Part shown: piece by piece, positions 1 through 9,361 of the stretch
Layout: the number at the start of each line of letters is the position of its first letter
How positions within the stretch are numbered: the stretch's first letter is position 1
Assembly: GCA_964586215.1 (NCBI GenBank)
Contig: CAZPHA010000002.1
Coordinates: 5,388-69,387, forward strand
Reading direction: 5' to 3'
DNA: 64,000 nucleotides
Source of the DNA: an uncultured Ferruginibacter sp.
GTDB lineage: Bacteria > Bacteroidota > Bacteroidia > Chitinophagales > Chitinophagaceae
Program-made: the position numbers and the translations under genes
The notes under the pieces: generated by a model
What the model was told of the DNA's origin: nothing
The model's input: the letters and a program-made list of their open reading frames with translations, nothing else
Database searches by the model: none

Positions 1-2
1 TG

Positions 3-206
3 CTTTTTTGGGTGTTAGCGATTGTACCTTCCTTTGCTATAACGGAGTTGGGTGTACGAGGAAAATTTGCGATTGCATTGTTTACATTGTTTAGCAGCAA
101 TATTGTTGGCATTATAGGCACTACTTTTGGTATTTGGTTCGTTAATCTTTTTATACCGGCGGCAATAGGGAGCCTATTGATTGTAAGAACTAAAATATTT
201 AAATAA
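3..206 (+). CDS. C-terminus of lysylphosphatidylglycerol synthase-like membrane protein (5' end outside window)
   Basis: Open from window edge; hydrophobic with 'PSFAITELGVRG' and 'NLFIPAAIG' segments; family assignment by recollection. Confidence 0.55.
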   Translation, partial: LFWVLAIVPSFAITELGVRGKFAIALFTLFSSNIVGIIGTTFGIWFVNLFIPAAIGSLLIVRTKIFK

Positions 207-208
207 AT

Positions 209-1009
209 ATGGTAAAATATACAAAACTGCTGTTATTGTCAGGTGTGTTTACGATTTTAAGTTTTCAACCTCATTACGATGATGTGTGTAATATGCGTAA
301 TACTGCTTTTAAAGCTGGCGAAACCGTTACCATGAAAGTTTACTACACCACTTTAGGCATGTACGTAGGCGCCGGAGAAGCTACTTTTACTACTACTTTG
401 GAAAGATTCAATGGCAAACCTGTGTACCATTTTGTTGGAGAAGGAAAATCATATTCTTTCTTTGATAATTTTTTTAAAGTAAGGGACAGGTATGAAAGTT
501 ATACCGATACGGCTACTTTATTGCCGTATAAATTTGTACGTAATGTAGAAGAGGGAGGATATAAAAAATATGGCAATGTTACTTTTAATCAGAAAGCTAA
601 TACGGCCGTTAGTTCCAATGGTGTGTTTAAAGTGCCGGGTTGTATTCAGGATGTGGTTAGTGCAGTATATTATGCCCGAAATATAAAATTTGAAAACTAT
701 AAGGTAAATGATAAAATACCTTTTGATATGTTTTTAGATGACGAAGTGTTCCATCTTTACATTCGTTATATGGGTAAAGAGAGAGTCAAAACTAAATATG
801 GTAAATTCAATGCCATTAAAATAAGGCCATTGCTAATAAAAGGCACCATTTTTGAAGGTGGTGAAAAAATGACGGCCTGGCTGAGTGATGATCCTAACCG
901 GCTATTGTTGCGTGTGGAAAGTCCTATTGCAGTAGGAAGCATTAAAGTAGATATGATGGGATATAGAAATTTGCGCTATCCCTTATCTTCTTTGGTTAGC
1001 CTGCGGTGA
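209..1009 (+). CDS. DUF3108 domain-containing exported protein
   Basis: Signal peptide; 'F..GE...' start and C-terminal 'WLSDDPNRLLLRVESPIAVGSIKV' typical of DUF3108. Confidence 0.75.
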   Translation: MVKYTKLLLLSGVFTILSFQPHYDDVCNMRNTAFKAGETVTMKVYYTTLGMYVGAGEATFTTTLERFNGKPVYHFVGEGKSYSFFDNFFKVRDRYESYTDTATLLPYKFVRNVEEGGYKKYGNVTFNQKANTAVSSNGVFKVPGCIQDVVSAVYYARNIKFENYKVNDKIPFDMFLDDEVFHLYIRYMGKERVKTKYGKFNAIKIRPLLIKGTIFEGGEKMTAWLSDDPNRLLLRVESPIAVGSIKVDMMGYRNLRYPLSSLVSLR

Positions 1010-1190
1010 TTTTATTACAACACGAATTGTTAGCTAGCGATATATTACTTTATTTGTTCTGATTTTTTGCTACCGAATTATTAAGCATTACAATTGTTGG
1101 GCAATCGATAACTATGTTTGTTCGTGAAATTCGTGTAGTCAGAGTTAACAATGGTCCTATGAACTATTAACTATGAACTATTGAACCACA

Positions 1191-2741
1191 CTATAGCTTA
1201 ATCTCTTCATTACCTTCATCAAAGAAGTGAAATTCGGTAAGGTGACAATTTGCGTTGGCTTTTATTTTAATTTTTTGATTGTATTTCCAGTTCCATTTCC
1301 GTTTTATGGAAAAGAAACCTTTAGTGAGATAGGCGTATAAAATAGGATGAACTTCGATAGTTAATTTTTTGTGTTTTTGCATGATGAGGTAGCTGAGGTT
1401 TTTTTCTATCTCATCTTCAAGAATAAGCGTAGAAGAAATTTTGCCTGTACCATTACAACTCGGACATACTTCGCTGGTATTGATATTCATTTCGGGCTTC
1501 ATGCGCTGGCGTGTAATTTGCATGAGGCCAAATTTACTGATGGGCAACACGGCATGTTTGGCTCTGTCGGTACGCATAAATCCTTCCATGGCATCGGCTA
1601 ACTTCTTTTTGTTTTCTGTTAGCTTCATGTCAATGAAATCAACAACGATAATGCCGCCCAAATCTCTTAGTCTTAACTGACGGGCAATTTCTTCGGCTGC
1701 TTCCAGGTTGGTTTCCAGTGCATTTTGTTCCTGGTTGTTGCCTACACTTTTATAGCCGCTGTTTACATCAATTACGTGTAAGGCTTCTGTATGTTCAATT
1801 ATCAGGTAGGCTCCACTGGGCAGGTTAACTGTTTTCCCAAAAGCAGCTTTTACCTGTCTGGTAATTCCGAAGTTGTCAAATATGGGTGAGTTAGTATTGT
1901 TGTAAAAAGATACGATGTCTGCTTTTTCAGGGGCTATTCGTTGTATATAGTTTTTTGTATCGTTAAAGATACTTTTGTCATTTACAACTATTTTGTTGAA
2001 GCTTTCATTTAATAAATCTCTTAAAATACTATTGGTTTTACCCTGCTCACTTAATATTTTGGTTGGCGGTGTAGCTCCTTTGAGGTTTTTTTGTATTGTT
2101 TTCCAGGTATCAACCAGGCTGAGCAGATCTTCGTGCAGTTCTGCTGTATTTTTTCCTTCTGCGGCGGTACGTACAATTACACCCAGGTTTTTGGGTTTGA
2201 TAGCTTCTATGATTTTGTGTAACCTTTTGCGTTCGTCGGCAGAGTGAATTTTTCGGGATACTGCAATGATATCGTTAAAGGGCGTTACTACTACAAAGCG
2301 TCCCGGAAGTGATAGTTCACAGCTTAATCTGGGGCCTTTGGCAGCAATTGGCTCTTTTAGTATCTGAACCAGTATATTAGGCCTTCCGTTGAGTACTTCG
2401 GTTATTTTACCCGTTTTGATGATTTCCGGTTCTACCTCGAATTTACTAAAGTCTAAACCTGTTTCACTTTTATCCTGAATGCCCTGGTTGGTAAATTTTA
2501 GTATAGAGCGTACATAAGGACTCAAGTCGGTGTAGTGAAGAAAAGCATCTTTCTCGAATCCAATTTCGACAAAGGCAGCATTGAGTCCCGGAATTAATTT
2601 TTTAACTCGGCCAAGGTATATGTCACCCACAGCAAAATTAGCATCAGCTTTTTCACTGTGTAATTCTACCAGTTTTTTATCTTCCAGCAAGGCAATTTCA
2701 ACTCCCTGCGGAGTAGTATTTATGATAAGTTCCTTGGTCAA
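1191..2741 (-). CDS. rne: Rne/Rng family ribonuclease (RNase E/G)
   Basis: S1 region 'VGDIYLGRVKKLIPGLNAAFV', 'VIDVNSG', 'RQLRLRDLGGIIVVDFIDM', CPxC zinc link. Confidence 0.93.
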   Translation of the reverse strand: MTKELIINTTPQGVEIALLEDKKLVELHSEKADANFAVGDIYLGRVKKLIPGLNAAFVEIGFEKDAFLHYTDLSPYVRSILKFTNQGIQDKSETGLDFSKFEVEPEIIKTGKITEVLNGRPNILVQILKEPIAAKGPRLSCELSLPGRFVVVTPFNDIIAVSRKIHSADERKRLHKIIEAIKPKNLGVIVRTAAEGKNTAELHEDLLSLVDTWKTIQKNLKGATPPTKILSEQGKTNSILRDLLNESFNKIVVNDKSIFNDTKNYIQRIAPEKADIVSFYNNTNSPIFDNFGITRQVKAAFGKTVNLPSGAYLIIEHTEALHVIDVNSGYKSVGNNQEQNALETNLEAAEEIARQLRLRDLGGIIVVDFIDMKLTENKKKLADAMEGFMRTDRAKHAVLPISKFGLMQITRQRMKPEMNINTSEVCPSCNGTGKISSTLILEDEIEKNLSYLIMQKHKKLTIEVHPILYAYLTKGFFSIKRKWNWKYNQKIKIKANANCHLTEFHFFDEGNEEIKL

Positions 2742-2889
2742 GCGTAATTGTTTAATTTAACTTGTACATAGTGGAAGAATGAATCAAAGCACTACGAACA
2801 GCCGCTTTGGTAAAGCTTTAAAAGCTTTAATTTGGATGCTAAACAGATGCCAGGCTGAAAAGCAGCCTGGATCAGGTTTTTAAAAGAAA

Positions 2890-2979
2890 TTATTTCTTTT
2901 TATGGCGGTTTTTTCTCAAACGTTTTTTACGCTTATGAGTTGCAATTTTATGACGTTTTCTCTTTTTACCACAAGGCAT
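2890..2979 (-). CDS. 29-aa basic protein MPCGKKRKRHKIATHKRKKRLRKNRHKKK; 30S ribosomal protein bS22-like (AURKAIP1/COX24/mS38 family)
   Basis: Read directly from the minus strand (ATG at 2979, TAA at 2890); below ORF-track cutoff; sequence pattern matches the conserved Bacteroidota small basic ribosomal protein. Confidence 0.8.
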   Translation of the reverse strand: MPCGKKRKRHKIATHKRKKRLRKNRHKKK

Positions 2980-3069
2980 ACCTAATCTTTTTTAGTATTA
3001 TTGATAATGTTGTTAACTCCGGAAAATCCGGTGATATTTTTATGGTAAAAGCAAACTTACTGGTCTGCT

Positions 3070-3927
3070 TTATTGTAATTGTTTAATCCGTTCATCCACT
3101 TCCCGACTATATTGCGGGCTGTTATAAAGCCTTTTACTAATCTCATAATATTTAACTGCTTCGGCTTTATTGCCATTGGCTGCATAAGCATCTGCTAAAA
3201 AGGCTACAGCTTCCAGGTTATTGGGTTCTGCTGTTACTACTTTTTTCAGCCTGTATATGGCTTTATCGTATTGTTTTGAGATAAATCCACCAATACCCAG
3301 CACCATTTGGGCTTTCATGTTGGTAGAATCTTTTCTTACTACACTTAACACCTGTTGAATACCCTTCATTACTTCCTCCGGAGCGCCATATCTGCCATTT
3401 CCAAAGATATAACAGCTACCAAGGCCAATTTTCAGGTTATCATCTTCAGGATTTATTTGGAGTGCTTTTTCAAAAAGTTCAATTGCCAGCCGGGTTTCCC
3501 AACTTAATTTTGCCTCATCCTGTTCACCCCGTAAATTATCCAGTAGCAATTGGGCTGCAAAGGTGAGGTTTTTTTCTGAATTTTCCAATTTTGCAGCATT
3601 GGCAAGATAATAAACATATGGCTCAAAGCCATTTATACTATCTTTCCAGAAATTAGCCAAATTTAGATTAGCTTTTACTATGGTAGTAATATCGCTCTTT
3701 TTATTTGCAATATCTGCCTCTAATTGTGCTAAATGAAAAGATTGTGAAGGAGTTAAGTTGGGTTTATATGCGTTTATTGCCTTTTCTATTGAAAAAGAGG
3801 AAATTGTTTTAGAGTCATTGTCAGAAGACGGATCGTTGTTAATTCTTTTTGCCGCTGTTGGGACCCAGAGGAATAATGTTATCACGAGCAGTATCCCTAC
3901 ACATGCCAATACAATCTGTTTTTTCAC
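3070..3927 (-). CDS. Tetratricopeptide repeat protein with N-terminal signal/anchor
   Basis: Helical TPR-like repeats ('AIELFEKALQINPEDDNLKIGLG', 'YDKAIYRLKKVVTAEPNNLEA'). Confidence 0.8.
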   Translation of the reverse strand: MKKQIVLACVGILLVITLFLWVPTAAKRINNDPSSDNDSKTISSFSIEKAINAYKPNLTPSQSFHLAQLEADIANKKSDITTIVKANLNLANFWKDSINGFEPYVYYLANAAKLENSEKNLTFAAQLLLDNLRGEQDEAKLSWETRLAIELFEKALQINPEDDNLKIGLGSCYIFGNGRYGAPEEVMKGIQQVLSVVRKDSTNMKAQMVLGIGGFISKQYDKAIYRLKKVVTAEPNNLEAVAFLADAYAANGNKAEAVKYYEISKRLYNSPQYSREVDERIKQLQ

Positions 3928-3949
3928 AAGAAAATTTTATTACGCAAAG

Positions 3950-4276
3950 TTACGTTTCATTTTCATCATATTCTTCAGCAGGGCCTTCTTTTGCATACTT
4001 GCTGCTTTTTACTTCCTGTACAAACTCTTTAGCAGGCTTGAAGGCCGGAATAAAATGCTCGGGAATTTCTACCGCTATATTCTTTTTGATATTGCGGCCA
4101 ATTTTTGCGGCTCGTTTTTTGGTAATAAAACTCCCAAACCCCCGTATATAAATGTTTTGACCTGATGCCAGGGAGGATTTTACTTCTTTAAACATAGTTT
4201 CCAACGTCACCAAAACGTCTACTTTCTGGATTCCAGTTTTCTCAGAGATTCGATGAATAAGATCGGCTTTTCGCAT
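3950..4276 (-). CDS. HU/IHF family DNA-binding protein
   Basis: 'MRKADLI', 'IRGFGSF', 'GRNI', 'PAFKPAK' motifs. Confidence 0.93.
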   Translation of the reverse strand: MRKADLIHRISEKTGIQKVDVLVTLETMFKEVKSSLASGQNIYIRGFGSFITKKRAAKIGRNIKKNIAVEIPEHFIPAFKPAKEFVQEVKSSKYAKEGPAEEYDENET

Positions 4277-4492
4277 AATATATTACAATTTTTTTTTAAA
4301 ATGGTATTTCATTAAAGAAATATACAACAAAAAGCTGGAGATTTCAATATATGGGATAGTGGATAATGTTGATTAGCTTAATTTTACAACGCCGATTAGA
4401 GCGTTTTCTAGTACAAATATATACTAAGCATTTCAATCATTTTAATTTTAACATTTTTTTAAGAAAAAAAATTTCTTCATAACCGATTTTTA

Positions 4493-5578
4493 ATGGCAAA
4501 AAATATATTGCACAGCTTTTTTACAACGCAATTAATATATTGGAATTCAACTTATAATATGCGTAAAATGCCCTGGAAAGGCCAAAAAGACCCCTATAAA
4601 ATCTGGTTGAGCGAAATTATTCTCCAACAGACCCGTGTAGAGCAGGGATGGGAGTATTATCATAAATTTTTAACTCATTTCCCCAATATTACTGATTTGG
4701 CCAACGCTCCGGAAACGAAGGTTTTTAAACTGTGGGAAGGATTAGGGTATTATACCAGATGCCGGAACCTGATTGCGACAGCGAAATTTATAGCTGAGGA
4801 GCGTAATGGCACATTTCCAGGCAATTTTAAGGAGTTGCTGGCATTAAAAGGGGTGGGACCTTACACGGCGGCTGCCATTGCTTCTTTTGCATACAATTTG
4901 CCGCATGCAGTCGTGGATGGTAATGTTTACAGGGTTTTAGCACGTTTCTTTGGCATCGAAACAGCTATTGATAGTACAGCAGGTAAAAAATTCTTTAATC
5001 ATTTAGCTCAGGAGCTGCTGGATGAAAGCCAGCCAGGGGCGTTTAATCAGGCAATCATGGATTTTGGAGCCACAGTATGTAAACCTCAAAATCCTGATTG
5101 TAAAGCTTGTTTATTACAGCATAAATGCATTGCCTTCAAAAAAAACAAGATAAAAGAACTGCCTGTAAAAGAGAAAAGTATTCAAAAACAGCATAGATAT
5201 TTTAATTATTTAGTTATAATATATAATAAAAAAATATATATAAATAAGCGAACTAAAAAAGACATCTGGCATAATTTATATGAGTTTATACTACTGGAAA
5301 CAGAAGATGGCATCAGTAAAAATGAAGAAGCATGGAGGCAGTTTTTTATGGATAAGATGGATATCGGAGATTTTAGGATGATGAATATTTCCAAAAAATA
5401 TAAACAACAACTAACCCATCAAACGATCGAGGCACATTTTATAAAAATCCGATTAGAGCAACCTTTACCAAAATTAGCCGGAAAATATGAGTTAGTGCCT
5501 GTGGAAGACCTTAATTCCTTACCGTTCCCCAAACTAATTAATACCTATTTGGCTGATATTTATAATGAATTATTTTAA
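4493..5578 (+). CDS. mutY: A/G-specific adenine glycosylase
   Basis: 'SEIILQQT', HhH 'LKGVGPYTA', 'VDGNV', Fe-S Cys cluster 'CKPQNPDCKACLLQHKC'. Confidence 0.95.
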   Translation: MAKNILHSFFTTQLIYWNSTYNMRKMPWKGQKDPYKIWLSEIILQQTRVEQGWEYYHKFLTHFPNITDLANAPETKVFKLWEGLGYYTRCRNLIATAKFIAEERNGTFPGNFKELLALKGVGPYTAAAIASFAYNLPHAVVDGNVYRVLARFFGIETAIDSTAGKKFFNHLAQELLDESQPGAFNQAIMDFGATVCKPQNPDCKACLLQHKCIAFKKNKIKELPVKEKSIQKQHRYFNYLVIIYNKKIYINKRTKKDIWHNLYEFILLETEDGISKNEEAWRQFFMDKMDIGDFRMMNISKKYKQQLTHQTIEAHFIKIRLEQPLPKLAGKYELVPVEDLNSLPFPKLINTYLADIYNELF

Positions 5579-5630
5579 TGCTTGTAAAAAACAAATACTA
5601 ATAATAATTTTGGCAGATTTAAGTGGTTTT

Positions 5631-5662
5631 TTTGAGAGATAAATTACGTATCTTTAAATTTG
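5631..5662 (+). promoter_or_regulatory. Bacteroidota sigma70 promoter for ssb
   Basis: TTTG(5631-34)-N20-TAAATTTG(5655-62) matches the -33/-7 consensus. Confidence 0.6.
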
Positions 5663-5701
5663 TTGAAGGCAAAAACTTATTAAAGATAAAAATTTAATTC
5701 T

Positions 5702-6133
5702 ATGAGAGGCGTTAATAGGGTAATGCTAATCGGAAATTTAGGCAAAGATCCCGACATACAGTTTCTGGAAGGGAATATTGCAGTTGCCAAGTTTTCATTG
5801 GCTACCACAGAGACTTATAAGGACAGAAGCGGAAAGTTAATTTCTCAAACAGAATGGCATACGGTAGTTCTGTGGCGAGGGCTTGCAGAATTGGCTCAAA
5901 AATATTTGCATAAAGGAAGTCTTGTTTATATAGAAGGCCGCCTGAAAACAAGAAGCTGGGAAGACAAAGAAGGGCATAAAAAATTTGCCACTGAGATTGT
6001 GGGTGATAACCTGATTATGCTTGACAAACGTACCGATGGCAACCATGCACCTGCCAATATGGAGGGATTAGAGAACCCCGAAATGCCTCCCCCACCAGCA
6101 GATGATAATGAGGCTGAACGTTTATCGTTTTAA
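5702..6133 (+). CDS. ssb: Single-stranded DNA-binding protein
   Basis: 'VNRVMLIGNLGKDP', 'TEWHTVVLW', 'EGRLKTRSW', acidic C-terminus ending in LSF. Confidence 0.96.
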   Translation: MRGVNRVMLIGNLGKDPDIQFLEGNIAVAKFSLATTETYKDRSGKLISQTEWHTVVLWRGLAELAQKYLHKGSLVYIEGRLKTRSWEDKEGHKKFATEIVGDNLIMLDKRTDGNHAPANMEGLENPEMPPPPADDNEAERLSF

Positions 6134-6223
6134 TATTAAACGGGTTACCTTGAAAATGATAATATTTGATCCGTACCAACTTCTTAAGTTTGAAAACTTT
6201 ATTGTTAACTAAATATAACTCCT

Positions 6224-7561
6224 TTGGACTATCATTCGGTCACTGAATATTACAATAATTTTCATTTTTTTTATCTGGCGATTACTCCCGCTGCAACCAG
6301 TGTGCTAATTTTTTTGATACTCATTTTATTTACACTTTCATTTTTAGTAGCAGGATCAGAAGTTGCTTTTTTTTCCCTTACCTATAAAGATATTAATGTA
6401 TTAAAAACAAAGCAACAACCCTCTTACAGGCGTATAGTCACTTTATTGGATCAGCCTAAAACTTTATTGGCTTCTATGCTTATCGCCAATAGTTTTGTTA
6501 ATATCGGTATAATATTAATTTCTAATATATTGATTGATGAATGGGTGGCTAGTTTTCAATTAAATTTTTGGATAAGCTTTTTAATTAAAGTGTTCTTTGT
6601 AACTTTTTTACTGCTTTTGTTTGCAGAAGTATTACCCAAAGTATGGGCAACACATCATAAAATCTGGTTTGCCTCTACCGCATCGTTGATCATTGAGATA
6701 TTTGATAGCTTATTTTACAGGTTTAGTAAAAGGCTGGTAAAATTTAGTGATAGAGTAGAAAAGAAATTTTCCTCCGACTCCACTGAAGCGATGGACAGCC
6801 GTGAGCTGGATTATGCCATAGATTTATTACCGGAACATGAAGCTACCGTAGAAGAAAAGCAAATATTAAAAGGAATACGTCAATTTGGGGATACCACCGT
6901 GAAGCAAATCATGCGTACCCGGCTGGATGTATCCGGGATTGATTATGCGTTAACGTTTTCAGAAACAATAAAAAGGGTAGAGGAGTTACACTATTCCCGG
7001 TTGCCGGTTTATAAAAATAATTTGGATGAAGTTGCAGGAATATTACATACGAAAGATTTATTACCCCACATCGGTGAGCAGGATAATTTTGACTGGCACG
7101 TACTCATGCGTACACCCTTCTTTGTACATGAGCAAAAATTAATTGAAGATTTATTACAGGAATTCAGAAGTAAACGTATTCACTTTGCCGTGGTGGTAGA
7201 TGAATTTGGTGGAACTTCCGGCATTGTTACCCTGGAAGATATTTTGGAAGAAATTATTGGCGACATAAAGGATGAATTTGATGATGAAGAAAGTGGTAAT
7301 AAAAAAATTGATGATTACACTTATATTTTTGAAGGTAAAACGATGATTAATGACGTGTGTAAAATAATCCATTTGCCTATTGATTATTTTGATAAGGTAC
7401 GTGGAGAAAGTGATTCATTAGCCGGATTGGTATTGGAAATAGCGGGCAAATTCCCCCAAATAAATGAAGAAGTAGTAAATGGCAATTTTACTTTTGTAGC
7501 CTTAGAAATTAATAAAAACCGGTTAGATAAAATTAAGGTGGTATTGAAACCTCAATCCTAG
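6224..7561 (+). CDS. gldE: Gliding motility-associated protein GldE (CNNM/CBS/CorC family)
   Basis: DUF21 TM region, 'YSRLPVY', 'VVDEFGGTSGIVTLEDILEEIIG'; between ssb and gldD as in other Bacteroidota. Confidence 0.85.
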   Translation: MDYHSVTEYYNNFHFFYLAITPAATSVLIFLILILFTLSFLVAGSEVAFFSLTYKDINVLKTKQQPSYRRIVTLLDQPKTLLASMLIANSFVNIGIILISNILIDEWVASFQLNFWISFLIKVFFVTFLLLLFAEVLPKVWATHHKIWFASTASLIIEIFDSLFYRFSKRLVKFSDRVEKKFSSDSTEAMDSRELDYAIDLLPEHEATVEEKQILKGIRQFGDTTVKQIMRTRLDVSGIDYALTFSETIKRVEELHYSRLPVYKNNLDEVAGILHTKDLLPHIGEQDNFDWHVLMRTPFFVHEQKLIEDLLQEFRSKRIHFAVVVDEFGGTSGIVTLEDILEEIIGDIKDEFDDEESGNKKIDDYTYIFEGKTMINDVCKIIHLPIDYFDKVRGESDSLAGLVLEIAGKFPQINEEVVNGNFTFVALEINKNRLDKIKVVLKPQS

Positions 7562-7568
7562 CATTTTC

Positions 7569-8273
7569 ATGAGAAAAAAAGAGTGTTTTGGTATTTTTAG
7601 TCCATGGTCAATCGTTCATGGTTCATGGTTGATGGTTTATGGCCTGATTGTTTTTCTGCTTTTATCCTGCAACTCTACCTACACCTCTAAGAAAAGAGGG
7701 TATGCTGCAATTCAATTGCCTCCTAAAGCATATCAGTCTTTTAATCGCCCCGGATACCCTTACAGCTTTGAATATCCTGTATATGCAGCTATTATTCAGG
7801 ATACTACTTATTTTGACACTAATCCCGAAAATCCTTATTGGATCAATATTGATTTTCCGGCTTTTCATGCAAGAATATTTTTAAGTTATAAAATTATTGG
7901 TGGGAAAGCAATATATAAGGTTAAAACAGCAGACGGAGCCTATCAAGATTCTATTGGGACTAATGAATTCTACAGAATGGTAAATGATGCTTTTAATCTT
8001 ACAAACAAAAATCAAGCAGTAGCCAGCTCTATTAAAGATAGTCTTATCTACACTCCCAATGGCATTAAAGGTGTTTATTTTAGAGTTGGTGGAAATGCAG
8101 CTACTGCCCGGCAGTTTTTCTTAAGCGATACTACTAAGCATTTCTTACGGGGGGCCTTATACTTTAATACTACCCCCAATGCCGACTCTATCAAGCCTGT
8201 ACAGGATTTTATAGAAATGGATATTCAACACCTTTTACAAACTTTTAGATGGGTTGATAAGAAGGCTGACTAA
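7569..8273 (+). CDS. gldD: Gliding motility lipoprotein GldD
   Basis: Lipobox LLSC, 'PKKRGY'-like motif, 'ATARQFFLSDTTKHFLRGALYFNTTPNADSIKP'. Confidence 0.85.
   Translation: MRKKECFGIFSPWSIVHGSWLMVYGLIVFLLLSCNSTYTSKKRGYAAIQLPPKAYQSFNRPGYPYSFEYPVYAAIIQDTTYFDTNPENPYWINIDFPAFHARIFLSYKIIGGKAIYKVKTADGAYQDSIGTNEFYRMVNDAFNLTNKNQAVASSIKDSLIYTPNGIKGVYFRVGGNAATARQFFLSDTTKHFLRGALYFNTTPNADSIKPVQDFIEMDIQHLLQTFRWVDKKAD
7600..7641. repeat. Six heptamers (gt(t/c)nat(g/c)) inside the gldD 5' coding region
   Basis: gtccatg gtcaatc gttcatg gttcatg gttgatg gtttatg = 42 bp. Confidence 0.8.
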
Positions 8274-8280
8274 CCAGAGT

Positions 8281-8308
8281 TCTACCAAAAAGGTAGACCT
8301 TCTTTTTT
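8281..8308 (+). terminator. Intrinsic terminator after gldD
   Basis: TCTACC-AAAAA-GGTAGA stem followed by CCTTCTTTTTTT. Confidence 0.5.
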
Positions 8309-8325
8309 TATTTTTTCAGTCATTT

Positions 8326-8584
8326 ATATCCCCTTTTTTCTGAACCTTTTTTAAAAAGTATTCAAAATGAGGCATTATCGTATTTAATGGTTTTTATTAT
8401 TAAATGTCAAATACTACAAAAATAAGTAGGGTCTCCCCGAAAATTAGAAACCTTGTTTTCTATTATTTTTTCTACAATTTTTATCCCCTTATTTTCCGAA
8501 TTTTTTTAAAAAAGTATTCAAAATGAGGCACTATCTTTTTTAATAATTTGTATTTTTAAATGCCAAATACATCAGAAATAAGTA
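8326..8584. repeat. Degenerate ~100-bp direct repeat, two copies ~155 bp apart
   Basis: Both copies contain AAAAAGTATTCAAAATGAGGCA, then AAATG(T/C)CAAATAC and AAATAAGTA. Confidence 0.7.
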
Positions 8585-8663
8585 CGATATGCTTGCAAAA
8601 TTCGTGTAATTCGCCTAAAATTCGTGTAATAAATGCCTTTTGATATTTCAGGAACACCCCCTG

Positions 8664-8698
8664 CAAAAAAATAGCGTTGCTAATTATTTAGCAACGCT
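8664..8698 (-). terminator. Intrinsic terminator of the lipoprotein gene
   Basis: Perfect 11-bp stem AGCGTTGCTAA/TTAGCAACGCT with T-run on the minus strand. Confidence 0.75.
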
Positions 8699-8728
8699 GA
8701 TATTTTTAATAACGTATAGTTATTTTGC

Positions 8729-9178
8729 TTATTTAGGCATATTAGCTTGAGCTAATTTCATAGCGAAATCGCTCCATTTTTTCAATTCTTCAGGGTTAGA
8801 AGCCAATTTCTTCATTAAATCCTGAGTTTTAGTAGACCATTCCTGAGCTTTTTTAGCATAATCAGCAGCTTTAGATGGATCTTTTTGCATATTCATTGCA
8901 TCTTTCATGAAAGCAGCATACTCATCAGCCATTTTTTGTACTTCTGCATCAGCAAATTTTGGAACATCTGCGCTTGCAGCAGCTGGTTCAGAAGTTTTTG
9001 TGTCGCCGGCAGCAGCTTTTGTAGTATCTCCACCAGTAGCTGGTTCAGAAGTTTTTGTGTCGCCAGCAGCAGCTTTAGTAGTATCTGCAGCAGGAGTGTC
9101 TTTTGGTTCGTCTTTTTTTGAATCATCACAAGCAACTAATATACCTGCAATTAAAAAAGCTGAAAGAATTTTTTTCAT
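8729..9178 (-). CDS. Lipoprotein with Ala/Thr-rich internal tandem repeat
   Basis: Lipobox 'ILVAC'; 19-aa repeat DTTKAAAGDTKTSEPA x2; helical C-terminal domain. Confidence 0.8.
   Translation of the reverse strand: MKKILSAFLIAGILVACDDSKKDEPKDTPAADTTKAAAGDTKTSEPATGGDTTKAAAGDTKTSEPAAASADVPKFADAEVQKMADEYAAFMKDAMNMQKDPSKAADYAKKAQEWSTKTQDLMKKLASNPEELKKWSDFAMKLAQANMPK
8981..9090. repeat. 57-bp in-frame tandem repeat (2 copies)
   Basis: agctggttcagaagtttttgtgtcgcc(g/a)gcagcagct begins at 8981 and 9038. Confidence 0.9.
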
Positions 9179-9361
9179 TTTCTTGGTAATTTAATTTTTT
9201 AAAAAATTTTTGCAAAGATAATTATTTTTAACAAAAAACCTACAAAATTCTATAATTTTTTTGGTTAATAGAAGTATATTTACTATATTATCAATTTCTT
9301 ATAGTTTACAACCCCCCTCATACACATAGGATGAAAAGTAGGATTTATATATTATGATTTT

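Noticed and set aside
8326-8584. Possible CRISPR array
   Set aside because: Only two long degenerate units, no constant repeat/spacer pattern and no cas genes.
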